Assembly (NCBI GenBank): GCA_002352545.1
Contig: DEIO01000017.1
Coordinates: 4,631-68,630, forward strand
DNA: 64,000 nucleotides
Reading direction: 5' to 3'
Origin: Patescibacteria group bacterium UBA2772
Lineage (GTDB): Bacteria > Patescibacteriota > Minisyncoccia > Moranbacterales > DUUL01
In this document: piece after piece, positions 1 through 9,131 of the stretch
Layout: each line of letters begins with the position of its first letter
Position numbering within the stretch: position 1 is the first letter of the stretch
Made by a program: the position numbers and the translations under genes
Notes under the pieces: model-generated
Databases searched by the model: none
What the model was told of the DNA's origin: nothing
Seen by the model: only the letters and a program-made list of their open reading frames with translations

Positions 1-2235
1 AAAATTGCCACAACGAATGTTGAAACTGATAATGTTGAATATTATATTGCTGCAAAAGATATTTATGAAAAAGAAAATAGTTTAGTCAAGGCAGTTCTTG
101 TAGAAAGGTTTGGCAAAGCTGAGAATGACGTTCCTCCAATAATTCCAAGTGTAGTCGAAGAAATAGAAGGAACTGATTTGGTTGGTAAAAGATACAAACC
201 TTTGTTTGAAGACCATGGTGAGAAAGCTCATAAGATAATTGCAGGAGATTTTGTTACAACTGAGGATGGAACAGGGATTGTTCATATCGCGCCAGCTTTT
301 GGTGAAGACGATTATGCTATTGCCAAAAAAGAAAACTTGCCAGTAGTAAATACTGTTGATGAAAATGGAAACTACATTGATGGAAGGTGGGCAGGTAAGA
401 ACGTGTGGGAAATTAACAAGGAGATTGCCAAAACGCTTTTTGCTGAAGGAATGGTGATGAAAATTGACTATATTCAACATGAATATCCCCATTGTCATCG
501 TTGTGGAACAAAGCTAATGTATCGAGCTCATCCAAGTTGGTTTATGGATATTGATGGGCAAAAACAGAAAATGTTAAATCAGAATCAAAATATCAATTGG
601 TTTCCTACTACTTTTAAGGAAAAACGTTTTAAAAACACTGTAGAAACAGCTCCCGATTGGAATTTAAGTCGTGATCGTTTTTGGGCGACCCCAATTCCGG
701 TCTGGCGTGGAGAAAAAAAGGATGGAACAGTTGTCGAAAAAGTGGTTGGAAGCTATGCTGAATTAAAAGAGCTTTCTGGACAAGAATTGGATGATTATCA
801 CTTGCCCTATGTTGATGAAATCACTTTCGAATATGAAGGTGTGCAAATGAAGCGAATAGAAAAAGTGATGGATTGTTGGTTTGAATCTGGTTCGATGCCG
901 TTTGCTCAATTCCATTATCCATTTGAAAACAAAGAAAAGTTTGAAGAAAATTTTCCAGGAGATTTTATTTCAGAATATGTTGGACAGGTAAGAGCATGGT
1001 TCTACTATTTACATGCTATCTCTGTTGGTCTTTTTGGAAAAGAAGCCTTCAAGAATGTAATTGTTACAGGAACAATAGCTGGTTCGGATGGTAAAAAGAT
1101 GAGTAAATCGCTAGGTAACTACACTGATTCAAATATTTTGCTTGATCAATATAGTGCTGATGCTCTTCGTTATTTATTGGTGAGTTCACCACTGCTTAAT
1201 GGAGAAGACTTTACTCTTATTGATAAAGATGTTTCAGATATTCAAAGAAAACTAGGAACACTCTGGAACAGCTATAGTTTCTTTGTTATGTATGCCAATA
1301 TCGATAAATGGTCTCCTGATAAGACAAAAGACTCAACAATTGGAAAAAATTTGTTAGATAAGTGGATTTTGTCGGAATTACACAAACTAATAAAGACGGT
1401 AGATGAGAATATGCGAGAATATAACCTACCAGGCGCTACAAAGACAATAATGGAATTCATTGATGAATTGTCCAATTGGTACATCAGACGCTCCAGAAGG
1501 CGATTTTGGAAGAGTGAGAGTGATTCTGATAAACAAGATGCATATCAAACTCTTTGGACTGTGCTTGTTGAATTTTCGAAATTAATTGCCCCGTTCACTC
1601 CATTTATAGCAGATGAGATTTATTGCAATCTAACAGGTGAGGAGTCGGTTCATCTCGTGGACTATCCAAGTGCAAAAGAGAACCTTATAGAAGAGGATAT
1701 CAGCAAAAAAATGGCATCAACTAGAAAGGTCATTGAATTTGGTTTAAATTTAAGGTCTGAAAATAAACTTAAAGTTAGGCAGCCATTGAGTGAATTGTTG
1801 ATTTTTACTGACAAGATTCAATTAGGAGAAGAGTATCTTGAACTTATTAAAGATGAGGTTAATGTGAAGAATGTTGCACAGATTACTGAAAAAACAAAAG
1901 AAAGTGATCAATTAAAGTGTAAGGAAAATAATGAACTTTGTGTTTATTTGAATTTAGAAATGACAGAAGAGCTAAAATTAGAAGGTGATATGCGTGAGTT
2001 GGTGAGATTTATTCAAAGTGCACGAAAAAAAGCTGGCTTTGAGATTGAAGATCGAATTGAAGTCAATTATGTTGGGGGGGAAGTGATTTTTGATAGATTT
2101 GTCAATAATATTTCAAAAGAGGTTTTAGCTGAAAAACTAGAAAATGTCTCTAAAACAGATGATTTTGAATATACTCAAAAGATTTCAGTGAATGGTACAG
2201 ATGTAGAATTTTGGTTAAAAAAGGCTTTTAAATAA
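1..2235 (+). CDS. ileS: Isoleucyl-tRNA synthetase, 5'-truncated by window edge
   Basis: Frame 1 is open from nt 1 (KIATTNVETD...) into listed ORF 178..2235. KMSKS loop (KKMSKSLGN), Zn knuckle HCHRCGTKL, long anticodon-binding C-terminus. Confidence 0.93.
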   Translation, partial: KIATTNVETDNVEYYIAAKDIYEKENSLVKAVLVERFGKAENDVPPIIPSVVEEIEGTDLVGKRYKPLFEDHGEKAHKIIAGDFVTTEDGTGIVHIAPAFGEDDYAIAKKENLPVVNTVDENGNYIDGRWAGKNVWEINKEIAKTLFAEGMVMKIDYIQHEYPHCHRCGTKLMYRAHPSWFMDIDGQKQKMLNQNQNINWFPTTFKEKRFKNTVETAPDWNLSRDRFWATPIPVWRGEKKDGTVVEKVVGSYAELKELSGQELDDYHLPYVDEITFEYEGVQMKRIEKVMDCWFESGSMPFAQFHYPFENKEKFEENFPGDFISEYVGQVRAWFYYLHAISVGLFGKEAFKNVIVTGTIAGSDGKKMSKSLGNYTDSNILLDQYSADALRYLLVSSPLLNGEDFTLIDKDVSDIQRKLGTLWNSYSFFVMYANIDKWSPDKTKDSTIGKNLLDKWILSELHKLIKTVDENMREYNLPGATKTIMEFIDELSNWYIRRSRRRFWKSESDSDKQDAYQTLWTVLVEFSKLIAPFTPFIADEIYCNLTGEESVHLVDYPSAKENLIEEDISKKMASTRKVIEFGLNLRSENKLKVRQPLSELLIFTDKIQLGEEYLELIKDEVNVKNVAQITEKTKESDQLKCKENNELCVYLNLEMTEELKLEGDMRELVRFIQSARKKAGFEIEDRIEVNYVGGEVIFDRFVNNISKEVLAEKLENVSKTDDFEYTQKISVNGTDVEFWLKKAFK

Positions 2236-2261
2236 AAAGACTTGATTAGTTGGATAAAAAT

Positions 2262-2298
2262 AAAAAGAGTAAGCTGTTGATTTAGTTCACTCTTTTTT
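2262..2298 (+). terminator. Intrinsic terminator after ileS
   Basis: GAGTAAGCT / AGTTCACTC stem (one mismatch) flanked by an A-run and followed by TTTTTT, 27 nt after the ileS stop. Confidence 0.55.
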
Positions 2299-2392
2299 AT
2301 ATTGTTTGAATAATTTTTGTAATAAAAAAACCGCTTTTCAGCGTTTTCATTCTTTTAATATCTTTAAACCAGTGTTTGTTTTGGAATTAGTT

Positions 2393-2444
2393 ACCAGGGC
2401 GACAGCACCCTACTATATAATATATGTGGCGTGTCGCCACTGGT
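2393..2444. repeat. GC-rich imperfect inverted repeat (hairpin) with an alternative pairing partner
   Basis: ACCAGGGCGACA (2393-2404) pairs with TGTCGCCACTGGT (2432-2444). CACTGGTTT (2438-2446) is also perfectly complementary to AAACCAGTG (2366-2374), so the two helices are mutually exclusive. Confidence 0.7.
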
Positions 2445-2727
2445 TTTCCGGCGAAATTTCTCAAAATCTTCTCGCTCTTGGGTGTTTTGGGTGTTTTATT
2501 TGAGCAATACAGATTATTATTTTAGAAGTCTCGTCGGTCATAATGTGTCCTAGCTTCACATTTTTTTATTTTTATTCTTCTACCGTACCTTGGGATAATC
2601 CCACTTGTTTTTTTGTTTTGGTAAATACTATTTTTGTTTTTGTTTTTGTTGATGCTTTGAGCATCTAAGAAGAGAAGTCGCTAGGTTGTCTAATATTTTA
2701 TTTGACAGTTGACTTCGTTTATTTAGG

Positions 2728-2786
2728 TCAGCAGAAGAGTTCCAATCGTGAATAGGGGGAAAGCACGATTGGAACACTTCTGCTGA
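2728..2786. repeat. 20-23 bp near-perfect inverted repeat with 13-nt loop
   Basis: GCAGAAGAGTTCCAATCGTG (2731-2750) versus CACGATTGGAACACTTCTGC (2764-2783): 19/20 complementary, plus 3 flanking pairs. Loop is AATAGGGGGAAAG. Confidence 0.85.
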
Positions 2787-2853
2787 AAGTACAGTATTTG
2801 AAATTTTTTTAAAGAACCTTTTGTTTTGTGATGTGTTTCTCACTTACAAAGTC

Positions 2854-2882
2854 ATTATAGCATTTTATAATCATTTGGTCAA
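2854..2882 (-). promoter_or_regulatory. Near-consensus sigma70-type promoter with no annotated gene downstream
   Basis: Minus strand reads TTGACC-17 nt-TATAAT, with TG one base upstream of the -10 (extended -10). Confidence 0.5.
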
Positions 2883-2949
2883 TCAATACCTTTGTTTCAC
2901 CTTAGGTAAAACAAAAAAACGACCTTTTTTGAAGTAAAGCCGTTTTTTG

Positions 2950-2971
2950 GTTTATCCACAGTTTATCCACA
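2950..2971. promoter_or_regulatory. Two tandem perfect DnaA boxes (TTATCCACA x2)
   Basis: GTTTATCCACA is repeated head-to-tail (2950-2960, 2961-2971). Each copy holds the canonical 9-mer TTATCCACA (2952-2960, 2963-2971), 11 bp apart. Confidence 0.6.
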
Positions 2972-2975
2972 GTTA

Positions 2976-4436
2976 TTAGAAAAGTCCCTTTAACAGGGAC
3001 TCTGTTGAGGCTTTTGATGTGGTGAAGAAAATATAGGATTTGTTTTTGTATAACAAGGAACCCCACTCGATTGATTGAGTTATATTGCCTGATTTGAAAT
3101 TGAAATATCGTGAAACATGTACCAAATCTCTTTTTTCTTGTGTTGCTTGGCTAAAAACTATTTTTTCATTAACAAGAGATACTGATTCTTCAATCATTAG
3201 TGACTTCAATGTTCCAGGAAAGGTTGTTTCAATCTCAGTCATTCTCTCGATTACATCACCAGGACGGCTATCTTTTTTAAGTTCTAATAATAGAGATAGT
3301 TTTATGACTTTCTTTTTTACTATAGCTGGTTCTGTCAATGTAGCTGTCTTTGCTTTTTGGTTTTTATCTATTGTTCCTAGGATTTCCTCGATGTCAACTT
3401 CTTCTTCCGTTGCAAATATTACAACTGGTTTATCTAAAAAGCTATTAATTGCAAAGTCTTGCGAGTTAAAAATCTTCAAAACTTCTTCACCAGTGATATA
3501 TTCAGCTTCATTTTGTAGTGGTCTTATAAAAACACCGTTTGAAAATTTATTTGGATCAAGTTCTTTTTCTTTTTTAATGAATTTTTTTAAATCAGTTAAT
3601 AAGAGTTCTTTGGATGTTTGGAGTATAACAGCTGCATCGGCAAAATTATCAGTTGTATATGCTGGTTCTGTTGGTTCTTCTTTGATTACCATTGGAGGAG
3701 TTTTAATAGGAGAATCTACCTTGGTGTTTCTATAGTAATTATATCCAATTGCTGTCAAAGTCAGTATGAAAATTATAACGGCAAAGATCAGCAAGGGTTT
3801 ATTTACTTTCTTTTCTTCTTCTTGTTTAGCTTTCTTTTGCTTAGCTATTTTTTCTTTGCTTACAATAGTAATACCTTTTTTTGGAACGCCAAAAGGTGAT
3901 TTGTTTAAATTGTTTTTTGCTAGTTCGTGAGGAGTTTGTTTGATAGGTAGGACAATTTTCTTATTCTCTTTTTTTATTTCAGGGAATACAGAAATTTCTT
4001 TTTTGAGCAGTTTTCTTGTACTTTTTTTGTCTGAAATCTTTTCTTTTTTCTTGCTCATCTTCTTATTTTTTGGCTTTAGGTCACTTACTTTTACGAGTTT
4101 CTCCATTTTATCTTCTTCTGTATGCGGTGCACTTTTTGAAAAGTTTTCTTTTTTTGTTTTTTCCGAATCATCTTCCTCTGTTGGAAAGACAGGATTTTCT
4201 TTTTTTTGGTTAGATTCTGCGATAGGAGTTTCCTCTTCCTTTTTTGTATTGTCTTTTTCGTCAGTTTCCTTTTCTGTCTTTTGTTCTGTTAAAAAAGGGC
4301 TTTTTTTTAAGGGTTTCTTTTCTTTTTTTTCTTCTTTTTCTGTGTGTTCTAAGTCATTTTGCATTGTTTCAATGGCAAGAACAGAAGACTTCTTTTGTTT
4401 GTCATCAGAGTCCTTCTTTTTTGTAAACCAAGACAT
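2976..4436 (-). CDS. Hypothetical bitopic membrane protein with Lys/Glu-rich N-terminal half
   Basis: 486-aa ORF. About 215 aa of K/E/T-rich low complexity, then one hydrophobic helix (LLIFAVIIFILTLTAIGY), then a ~240-aa non-repetitive C-terminal domain. Confidence 0.75.
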   Translation of the reverse strand: MSWFTKKKDSDDKQKKSSVLAIETMQNDLEHTEKEEKKEKKPLKKSPFLTEQKTEKETDEKDNTKKEEETPIAESNQKKENPVFPTEEDDSEKTKKENFSKSAPHTEEDKMEKLVKVSDLKPKNKKMSKKKEKISDKKSTRKLLKKEISVFPEIKKENKKIVLPIKQTPHELAKNNLNKSPFGVPKKGITIVSKEKIAKQKKAKQEEEKKVNKPLLIFAVIIFILTLTAIGYNYYRNTKVDSPIKTPPMVIKEEPTEPAYTTDNFADAAVILQTSKELLLTDLKKFIKKEKELDPNKFSNGVFIRPLQNEAEYITGEEVLKIFNSQDFAINSFLDKPVVIFATEEEVDIEEILGTIDKNQKAKTATLTEPAIVKKKVIKLSLLLELKKDSRPGDVIERMTEIETTFPGTLKSLMIEESVSLVNEKIVFSQATQEKRDLVHVSRYFNFKSGNITQSIEWGSLLYKNKSYIFFTTSKASTESLLKGLF

Positions 4437-4542
4437 AGTTGAAACTGGATAATATTTATTTGTTTTTGAAAATAGATTTCAACTCATTATACCAGTAATA
4501 TTTTTTTAAGTAAAATTTATACTTTAAAAGTTTAATAATAAA

Positions 4543-4566
4543 ACACCCCTATTTTCTAGGAGTGTT
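4543..4566 (-). terminator. Intrinsic terminator after pnp
   Basis: Minus strand ACACTCCT-loop-AGGGGTGT followed by TTTTATTATT, about 35 nt after the pnp stop. Confidence 0.55.
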
Positions 4567-4600
4567 TTATTATTAAAAGGTTTTTGAAACGGATCGTATT

Positions 4601-6718
4601 TTAAACGTCTTGCTTTTTAGTTAGGTCTGCTTTCATTGTCAAGTTAAGTCTTCCTAACGAATCAATTTCTAAAACTCTAACTGATACTTCTTGTCCTTCT
4701 TTCACGATGTCACCAACTTTTTCAATTCTTTGATTTGCTAATTGTGAAATGTGGACCAATCCTTCTTTTCCTGGTAAAATTTCTACAAATGCTCCAAAGT
4801 CCATGATTTTCGTTATCTTACCTTTGTAGATTTCGCCCGCTTTTGGTTCGTGAGTTAGATTTTTGATCCATTCTTGTGCTTTCTTTCCACCCTCTGCTTC
4901 TTCAGCTGTGATAAAGACAGAGCCATCATCTTCTATGTCAATTTGAACGCCAGTTTCATCAATGATCTGATTTATAACTTTTCCTCCTGGTCCAATAACG
5001 GTACGAATTTTATCTGGATTAATTTTCATGATAATAATTCTTGGAGCGTATTCTGACATTTCTTCTCGGGGGGCACTAATTGTAGTTAGCATAACATCCA
5101 TGATTTGCATTCTGCTTTCGTATGCTCTATTTAAAACTTCCTGAACTATTTGAGGTGTAATACCATCAATTTTTACATCAAGTTGCATTGCAGTGATCCC
5201 GTCTTTTGTTCCAGCAACCTTAAAATCCATATCTCCCCAGTGATCTTCAGGTCCTTGAATGTCTGAAAGAATTTTATAGTTATCGTTCTCGTCAACAACA
5301 ATTCCCATCGCAATCCCACTTACAGGATTTTTCAAAGGTACACCAGCATCCATAAGAGCAAGAGTAGAACCGCAAGTAGAAGCCATTGAGGAAGACCCAT
5401 TTGATGAGAGAACCTCACTTACTAGTAGCATTGTGTAAGGAAATCCATCTTTAGATGGTAAAACCGGTATCAGAGCTTTTTCTGCAAGAGCACCGTGACC
5501 AATTTCTCTTCTACCCGGTCCACGCATTGGACGAACTTCTCCCACACTGAAAGGAGGGAAATTGTAATGGTGAATGTAGCGTCTTTTTTCATCAACTTCC
5601 ATTGTATCAATGATTTGTTCGTCTCCAGGAGATCCAAGAGTCGCAACTGTTAGTGCTTGAGTTTCACCACGGTTGAAGAGTCCGCTTCCGTGAGTTCTTG
5701 GTAATACTTTGACTTGTGCTGATATATTTCTAATTTCATTAATTTTTCTTCCGTCTGGACGTTCTCCATCATTTATAATTCTATCGTGAAGTATATCATT
5801 TAAAAAATTATCAAATAATAAAAGAGCCTCACCTTTTCTTTGAGAAAATTCTTCTTCTGAATATTCATTTTCCAAAAATTCTACCAGAGTAGTCTTTACA
5901 GCTTCCATTTTTTCATCTCTTTGAGCTCTATCTTTTGTGTAAAAAGCTTCGTCAAGTCTCTTTTCTTTGAAAAAAGCGTTTATTTTTGTTGTGAATTCTT
6001 TGGATGGGGTTGTGAGTTTAACTAGCGCTTTTCCCTTGCCAAGCTCATCAATAATTTTTTGTTGAAATTGACAGATTGCATTTACTTGTTCAAACCCCAT
6101 TGAAATTGCTTGGTGCATATCTTTATTTGACATTTCATTGGCACCAGCCTCAATCATGTTGATTTTTCCATCTGTTCCAGCAACTAAAACATCTGCATCG
6201 AATTTCTCAAGTTCATTATTACTAGGATTTAAGAAAAAAGCTCCTTCTTTTTGACCAACTCTAACTGCAGAAACTGGTCCATTCCAAGGAATATCTGAAA
6301 TTCCAAGTGCTAAAGAAGCTGCAATTGTTGCAACAATTGCAGGATCATTTTCTTTATCAATAGAAAGAATTGTTGTTATGACCTGTATCTCATTTCTCAT
6401 TCTTTTGTCAAAGAGTGGTCTGATGGTTCTATCGATAATTCTTCCACTTAAAACAGCTTTGTCTGATGGACGTCCTTCTCTTTTGATAAAACGAGAACCT
6501 TTTATTTTTCCAGCTGCGTAGAATCGTTCTTCATAATCAACAAAGAGTGGAAACCAATCCATTCCTTCTCTTCTGTCTTTGCTCATGGTTGCTGTTGCAA
6601 GTACGACTGTGTCACCGTATTGAACTTTTACAGAGCCATTTGCTTGTTGTGCAAGCACACCAAACTCAGCAGAAAGTGTTTTTCCGCTTATTTCCATGGA
6701 GAAGGTCTTTTGTTCCAT
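4601..6718 (-). CDS. pnp: Polynucleotide phosphorylase
   Basis: Two RNase PH-like domains plus KH and S1 regions ([33 protein letters not shown]). Start placed at MEQKTF (ATG 6718) rather than the upstream ORF start at 6781. Confidence 0.95.
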   Translation of the reverse strand: MEQKTFSMEISGKTLSAEFGVLAQQANGSVKVQYGDTVVLATATMSKDRREGMDWFPLFVDYEERFYAAGKIKGSRFIKREGRPSDKAVLSGRIIDRTIRPLFDKRMRNEIQVITTILSIDKENDPAIVATIAASLALGISDIPWNGPVSAVRVGQKEGAFFLNPSNNELEKFDADVLVAGTDGKINMIEAGANEMSNKDMHQAISMGFEQVNAICQFQQKIIDELGKGKALVKLTTPSKEFTTKINAFFKEKRLDEAFYTKDRAQRDEKMEAVKTTLVEFLENEYSEEEFSQRKGEALLLFDNFLNDILHDRIINDGERPDGRKINEIRNISAQVKVLPRTHGSGLFNRGETQALTVATLGSPGDEQIIDTMEVDEKRRYIHHYNFPPFSVGEVRPMRGPGRREIGHGALAEKALIPVLPSKDGFPYTMLLVSEVLSSNGSSSMASTCGSTLALMDAGVPLKNPVSGIAMGIVVDENDNYKILSDIQGPEDHWGDMDFKVAGTKDGITAMQLDVKIDGITPQIVQEVLNRAYESRMQIMDVMLTTISAPREEMSEYAPRIIIMKINPDKIRTVIGPGGKVINQIIDETGVQIDIEDDGSVFITAEEAEGGKKAQEWIKNLTHEPKAGEIYKGKITKIMDFGAFVEILPGKEGLVHISQLANQRIEKVGDIVKEGQEVSVRVLEIDSLGRLNLTMKADLTKKQDV

Positions 6719-6998
6719 AGTTTTTTTGTTCCGTGTTTTCCAAAACGCTAGTAAAATACTAGGGGAAGAAGTAAAAACCAAAATGTAAAAGGTAAAAGGT
6801 ATATTAATGCTACCTTTTTTCTTCTACTCTTTTAATCTCTACTTTGTTTCTACTTTGAAAAACAGAGAAAATTAAAATGTTAATAATGGTTGAGAAATTT
6901 TAAAGAAAAGTACCTAAAATAAATCAATCAACCTATGTCCAAGGTTAGCATTATGGAGCGAAAAGTCAATTAATAATTAATAATTTTTAATTAAAAAT

Positions 6999-7036
6999 GG
7001 ACTCGTGCTAATAGCGCGAATCCCCTTTATTTTTTC
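6999..7036. terminator. Hairpin with flanking A/T runs (possibly bidirectional)
   Basis: GGACTCGTGC-TAATA-GCGCGAATCC (9/10 pairs). Preceded by an A-rich stretch (TTAAAAAT) and followed by CCTTTATTTTTT. Lies 29 nt beyond the end of the decayed minus-strand frame. Confidence 0.4.
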
Positions 7037-7051
7037 TTTATTAGGATAAAA

Positions 7052-7891
7052 TTAGAATTTTATTACCTTACCTATATGATATGATGTAGAAAGCAATTTC
7101 CTTGTTTCCAGAAATTTCGGAACAAAACTTTGTGCGACTCTTAAATAGAACACTTGAAATCGGCATCTTTTTAAAGAAATACTGTACTTTTTGTTAAAAT
7201 ACACGATAATTTCTTCAAGTAAGGTGCTTTTTTCAATTTCTCCTCCAGCCTGCCTTGTCAATGAGATTTCTTGCCTTGTATCTAATTTTGGGCAAATATT
7301 TTTGAGGCAGAACTGTATAAGAAAGCAAGTTTCCTTCAATTATTAATCCTGATTCAGGAAAAATGATAGTTACTAATAGAAAAGCTTTTGTAAATCGTCA
7401 ATTTGTTAACTCTTCGAGTTCCTGAATTAGTTCATAGAGCGTAATGATTGGGTTTTTTGGCAAAACCAAAACATGGTGGAACACAGCTCGCTGGATGAAA
7501 GTAAACTTTTTTCGTTTTTTCTTTGATCTAATCCATTGAAATTAGGAGGAGTTTTTCTTTTTAACATCAATTTCCCCGCTGCTTTTCCTGCTCTGGTTGC
7601 ACTATCTTTAATTTCTGATTTTTCATTCTAGTTTTAGTAGATAATTGTTTCTTTTGCCCTCCATCCTAAGGAAACCTTGTGAATATTGAAAGCATTCACT
7701 TTATCGCCTTGAGAAGGAATTCTATTTCCCTCAATTTTGCTAAAGGAATAAGTTATAGTTCTCTTTATTCCTATTTATGAATTTAAAACACTGAGTGGTT
7801 TAAGTATCACAAAACGGCCTTTCCCCCCACTGATTATATCAGTTAATGTCTTGACTTTGGGAAGTTGTCCTCCTGCATGGTCTCTTCTCAT
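7052..7891 (-). pseudogene. Decayed gene of unknown family
   Basis: One minus-strand frame of about 280 codons runs from ATG 7891 (MRRDHAGGQLPKVK...) to stop 7052. It is interrupted by roughly nine in-frame TAA/TAG stops, including TAG-TAA and TAA-TAA doublets. Listed ORF 7052..7339 is its last intact stretch and is in the same frame. Confidence 0.35.
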
Positions 7892-8271
7892 TGGTAACCT
7901 TTGTTACAAGATTTGTTGTTTCTATATATAAATTGTAAAAAACTGTGAATAAAACTTAATACTAGGCTTGGAAGACCAGTACAGTCAAGCAGTATATACT
8001 AAAAAACAGTTTTTGTCAAGTTATGAAGTATCCCCTTATTGAAAGTTTGATGCATAAACTTTTTCTAAAACAGCTTTTTAGTATCATAAAAAGGCTGAGA
8101 TAAGATGAAAGACCTCTTTACTTTTTTATTTTTATATGCTAGATTGTCTTAAGTCATTAGAGTTTTCTAATGATAAATACACATATCTAGTCGCTGACTT
8201 ACCTGCTCTAGTAAATTTTAGAGAAAAGTTAGATTTAAAGCTAGGTAGAGGATAATTTATAAGGTAAAAAA

Positions 8272-9105
8272 ATGACCGAAGAAGAAGAAAAGAAAGTAGA
8301 AAAAAAAGTAGAAGAGACAAAAGAGGAGACAAAAAAGACGGCACCAAAGGCTGGTGTTTCTTTTGATGTTACAGAAAGTTCAATTGAAAAGTACGAACTA
8401 TCTTTAGAAGGTATGTTGAAAGCAGGTGTTCACTTTGGACACAAAAAATCAAGATGGAACCCAAAGATGGGGCAGTTTATTTTCGGAGTACGAAATGGTA
8501 TTCATATCATTGATCTTGAGAAATCTCTTGTTTTATTTGAAAAAGCACTAGATAGAATTGAAAAAACTGTTACTAAAAGTGGCAAAGTAATGATTGTTGG
8601 GACAAAGAAACAAGCTAAGGACTTAATTAAAGCTGTTTCTGATAAACTTGAATTTCCATACGTAAATGAAAGATGGTTAGGAGGAACATTTACAAATTTT
8701 GGTATTATTAAAAAACGAGTTAAGTTTTTTGTAGAAAATACAGATGCTTTAGAACAAGGTAAATTGAAAGATTTAACTAAATTAGAAAGGCACAAACTAC
8801 AGAAAAGACTTGATAAGATTGAAGAAAAAATGGGTGGTCTTGTAAGAATGACTAAACTACCAGATTTAGTTATTGTTCTTGATTCTAAAAAAGAAGAATT
8901 GGCGATAAAAGAGGCTCATGCAATGGGAATCCCAGTTGTTGGTCTTGTTGATACAAATAGTGATCATACGGTTGTTGAATATCCAATTCCTGCTAATGAT
9001 GATGCACTTTCTTCATTAAAATATATATTAGGAGTTTTCTTAAAGAAAATGATGGAAGCAAAAAACAGTGTTGTTGTGGCTAAAGAGGTTAGCAACAAAA
9101 AATAG
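8272..9105 (+). CDS. rpsB: 30S ribosomal protein S2 with K/E-rich N-terminal extension
   Basis: Core S2 motifs (AGVHFGHKKSRWNPKM, ERWLGGTFTNF, PDLVIVLD, VGLVDTNSD). About 40 extra N-terminal charged residues. Confidence 0.95.
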   Translation: MTEEEEKKVEKKVEETKEETKKTAPKAGVSFDVTESSIEKYELSLEGMLKAGVHFGHKKSRWNPKMGQFIFGVRNGIHIIDLEKSLVLFEKALDRIEKTVTKSGKVMIVGTKKQAKDLIKAVSDKLEFPYVNERWLGGTFTNFGIIKKRVKFFVENTDALEQGKLKDLTKLERHKLQKRLDKIEEKMGGLVRMTKLPDLVIVLDSKKEELAIKEAHAMGIPVVGLVDTNSDHTVVEYPIPANDDALSSLKYILGVFLKKMMEAKNSVVVAKEVSNKK

Positions 9106-9131
9106 TACTATTTTAAATTAAACTATATAAA

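Larger units (their letters stand above)
2324..2847 (-). ncRNA. Candidate ~0.5 kb non-coding transcript of unknown class
   Basis: Lies between a near-consensus minus-strand promoter (2854-2882) and a CGCT-GAAA-AGCG hairpin plus U7 (2324-2347 on minus). Contains two long GC-rich hairpins. The only ORF is a weak GTG-started 71-aa ORF that runs through an inverted repeat. Confidence 0.25.

Noticed and set aside
2324-2847. RNase P RNA, SRP RNA, 6S or tmRNA identity for the candidate transcript. Words such as GAGAAATTTCGCCGG, AGGGTGCTG...GGTAAC and CCGGAAAACC were noted.
   Set aside because: The hallmark motifs are absent or wrongly placed: GAGGAAAGUCC paired with ACAGAA..GGCUUA, the SRP GGAA tetraloop closed by complementary strands, and a tRNA-like 3' end. 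Only about 70 nt remain after the P4-like word, too few for an RNase P body.
2236-2975. Replication origin (oriC) in the 740-nt intergenic region containing the DnaA boxes.
   Set aside because: Only two boxes are present. No dnaA or dnaN is nearby, there is no obvious cluster of degenerate boxes or 13-mer-like AT-rich repeats, and gene orientation shows no strand switch around this point. It is kept as a DnaA-binding site only.
3085-4452. Long plus-strand ORFs (216, 170, 93, 65 and 60 aa) opposite the K/E-rich gene. Similar antisense ORFs lie inside tsf, recA, pnp, the giant gene and others.
   Set aside because: They mirror low-complexity or strongly biased coding sequence on the other strand (F/L/S-rich translations) and have no motifs. 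The opposite-strand genes are clearly real.
6785-6800. Mini tandem repeat GTAAAAGGTAAAAGGTA just upstream of the long pnp ORF start.
   Set aside because: Only two short units in the pnp 5' region. There is no further periodicity or partner motif, so it is likely chance.
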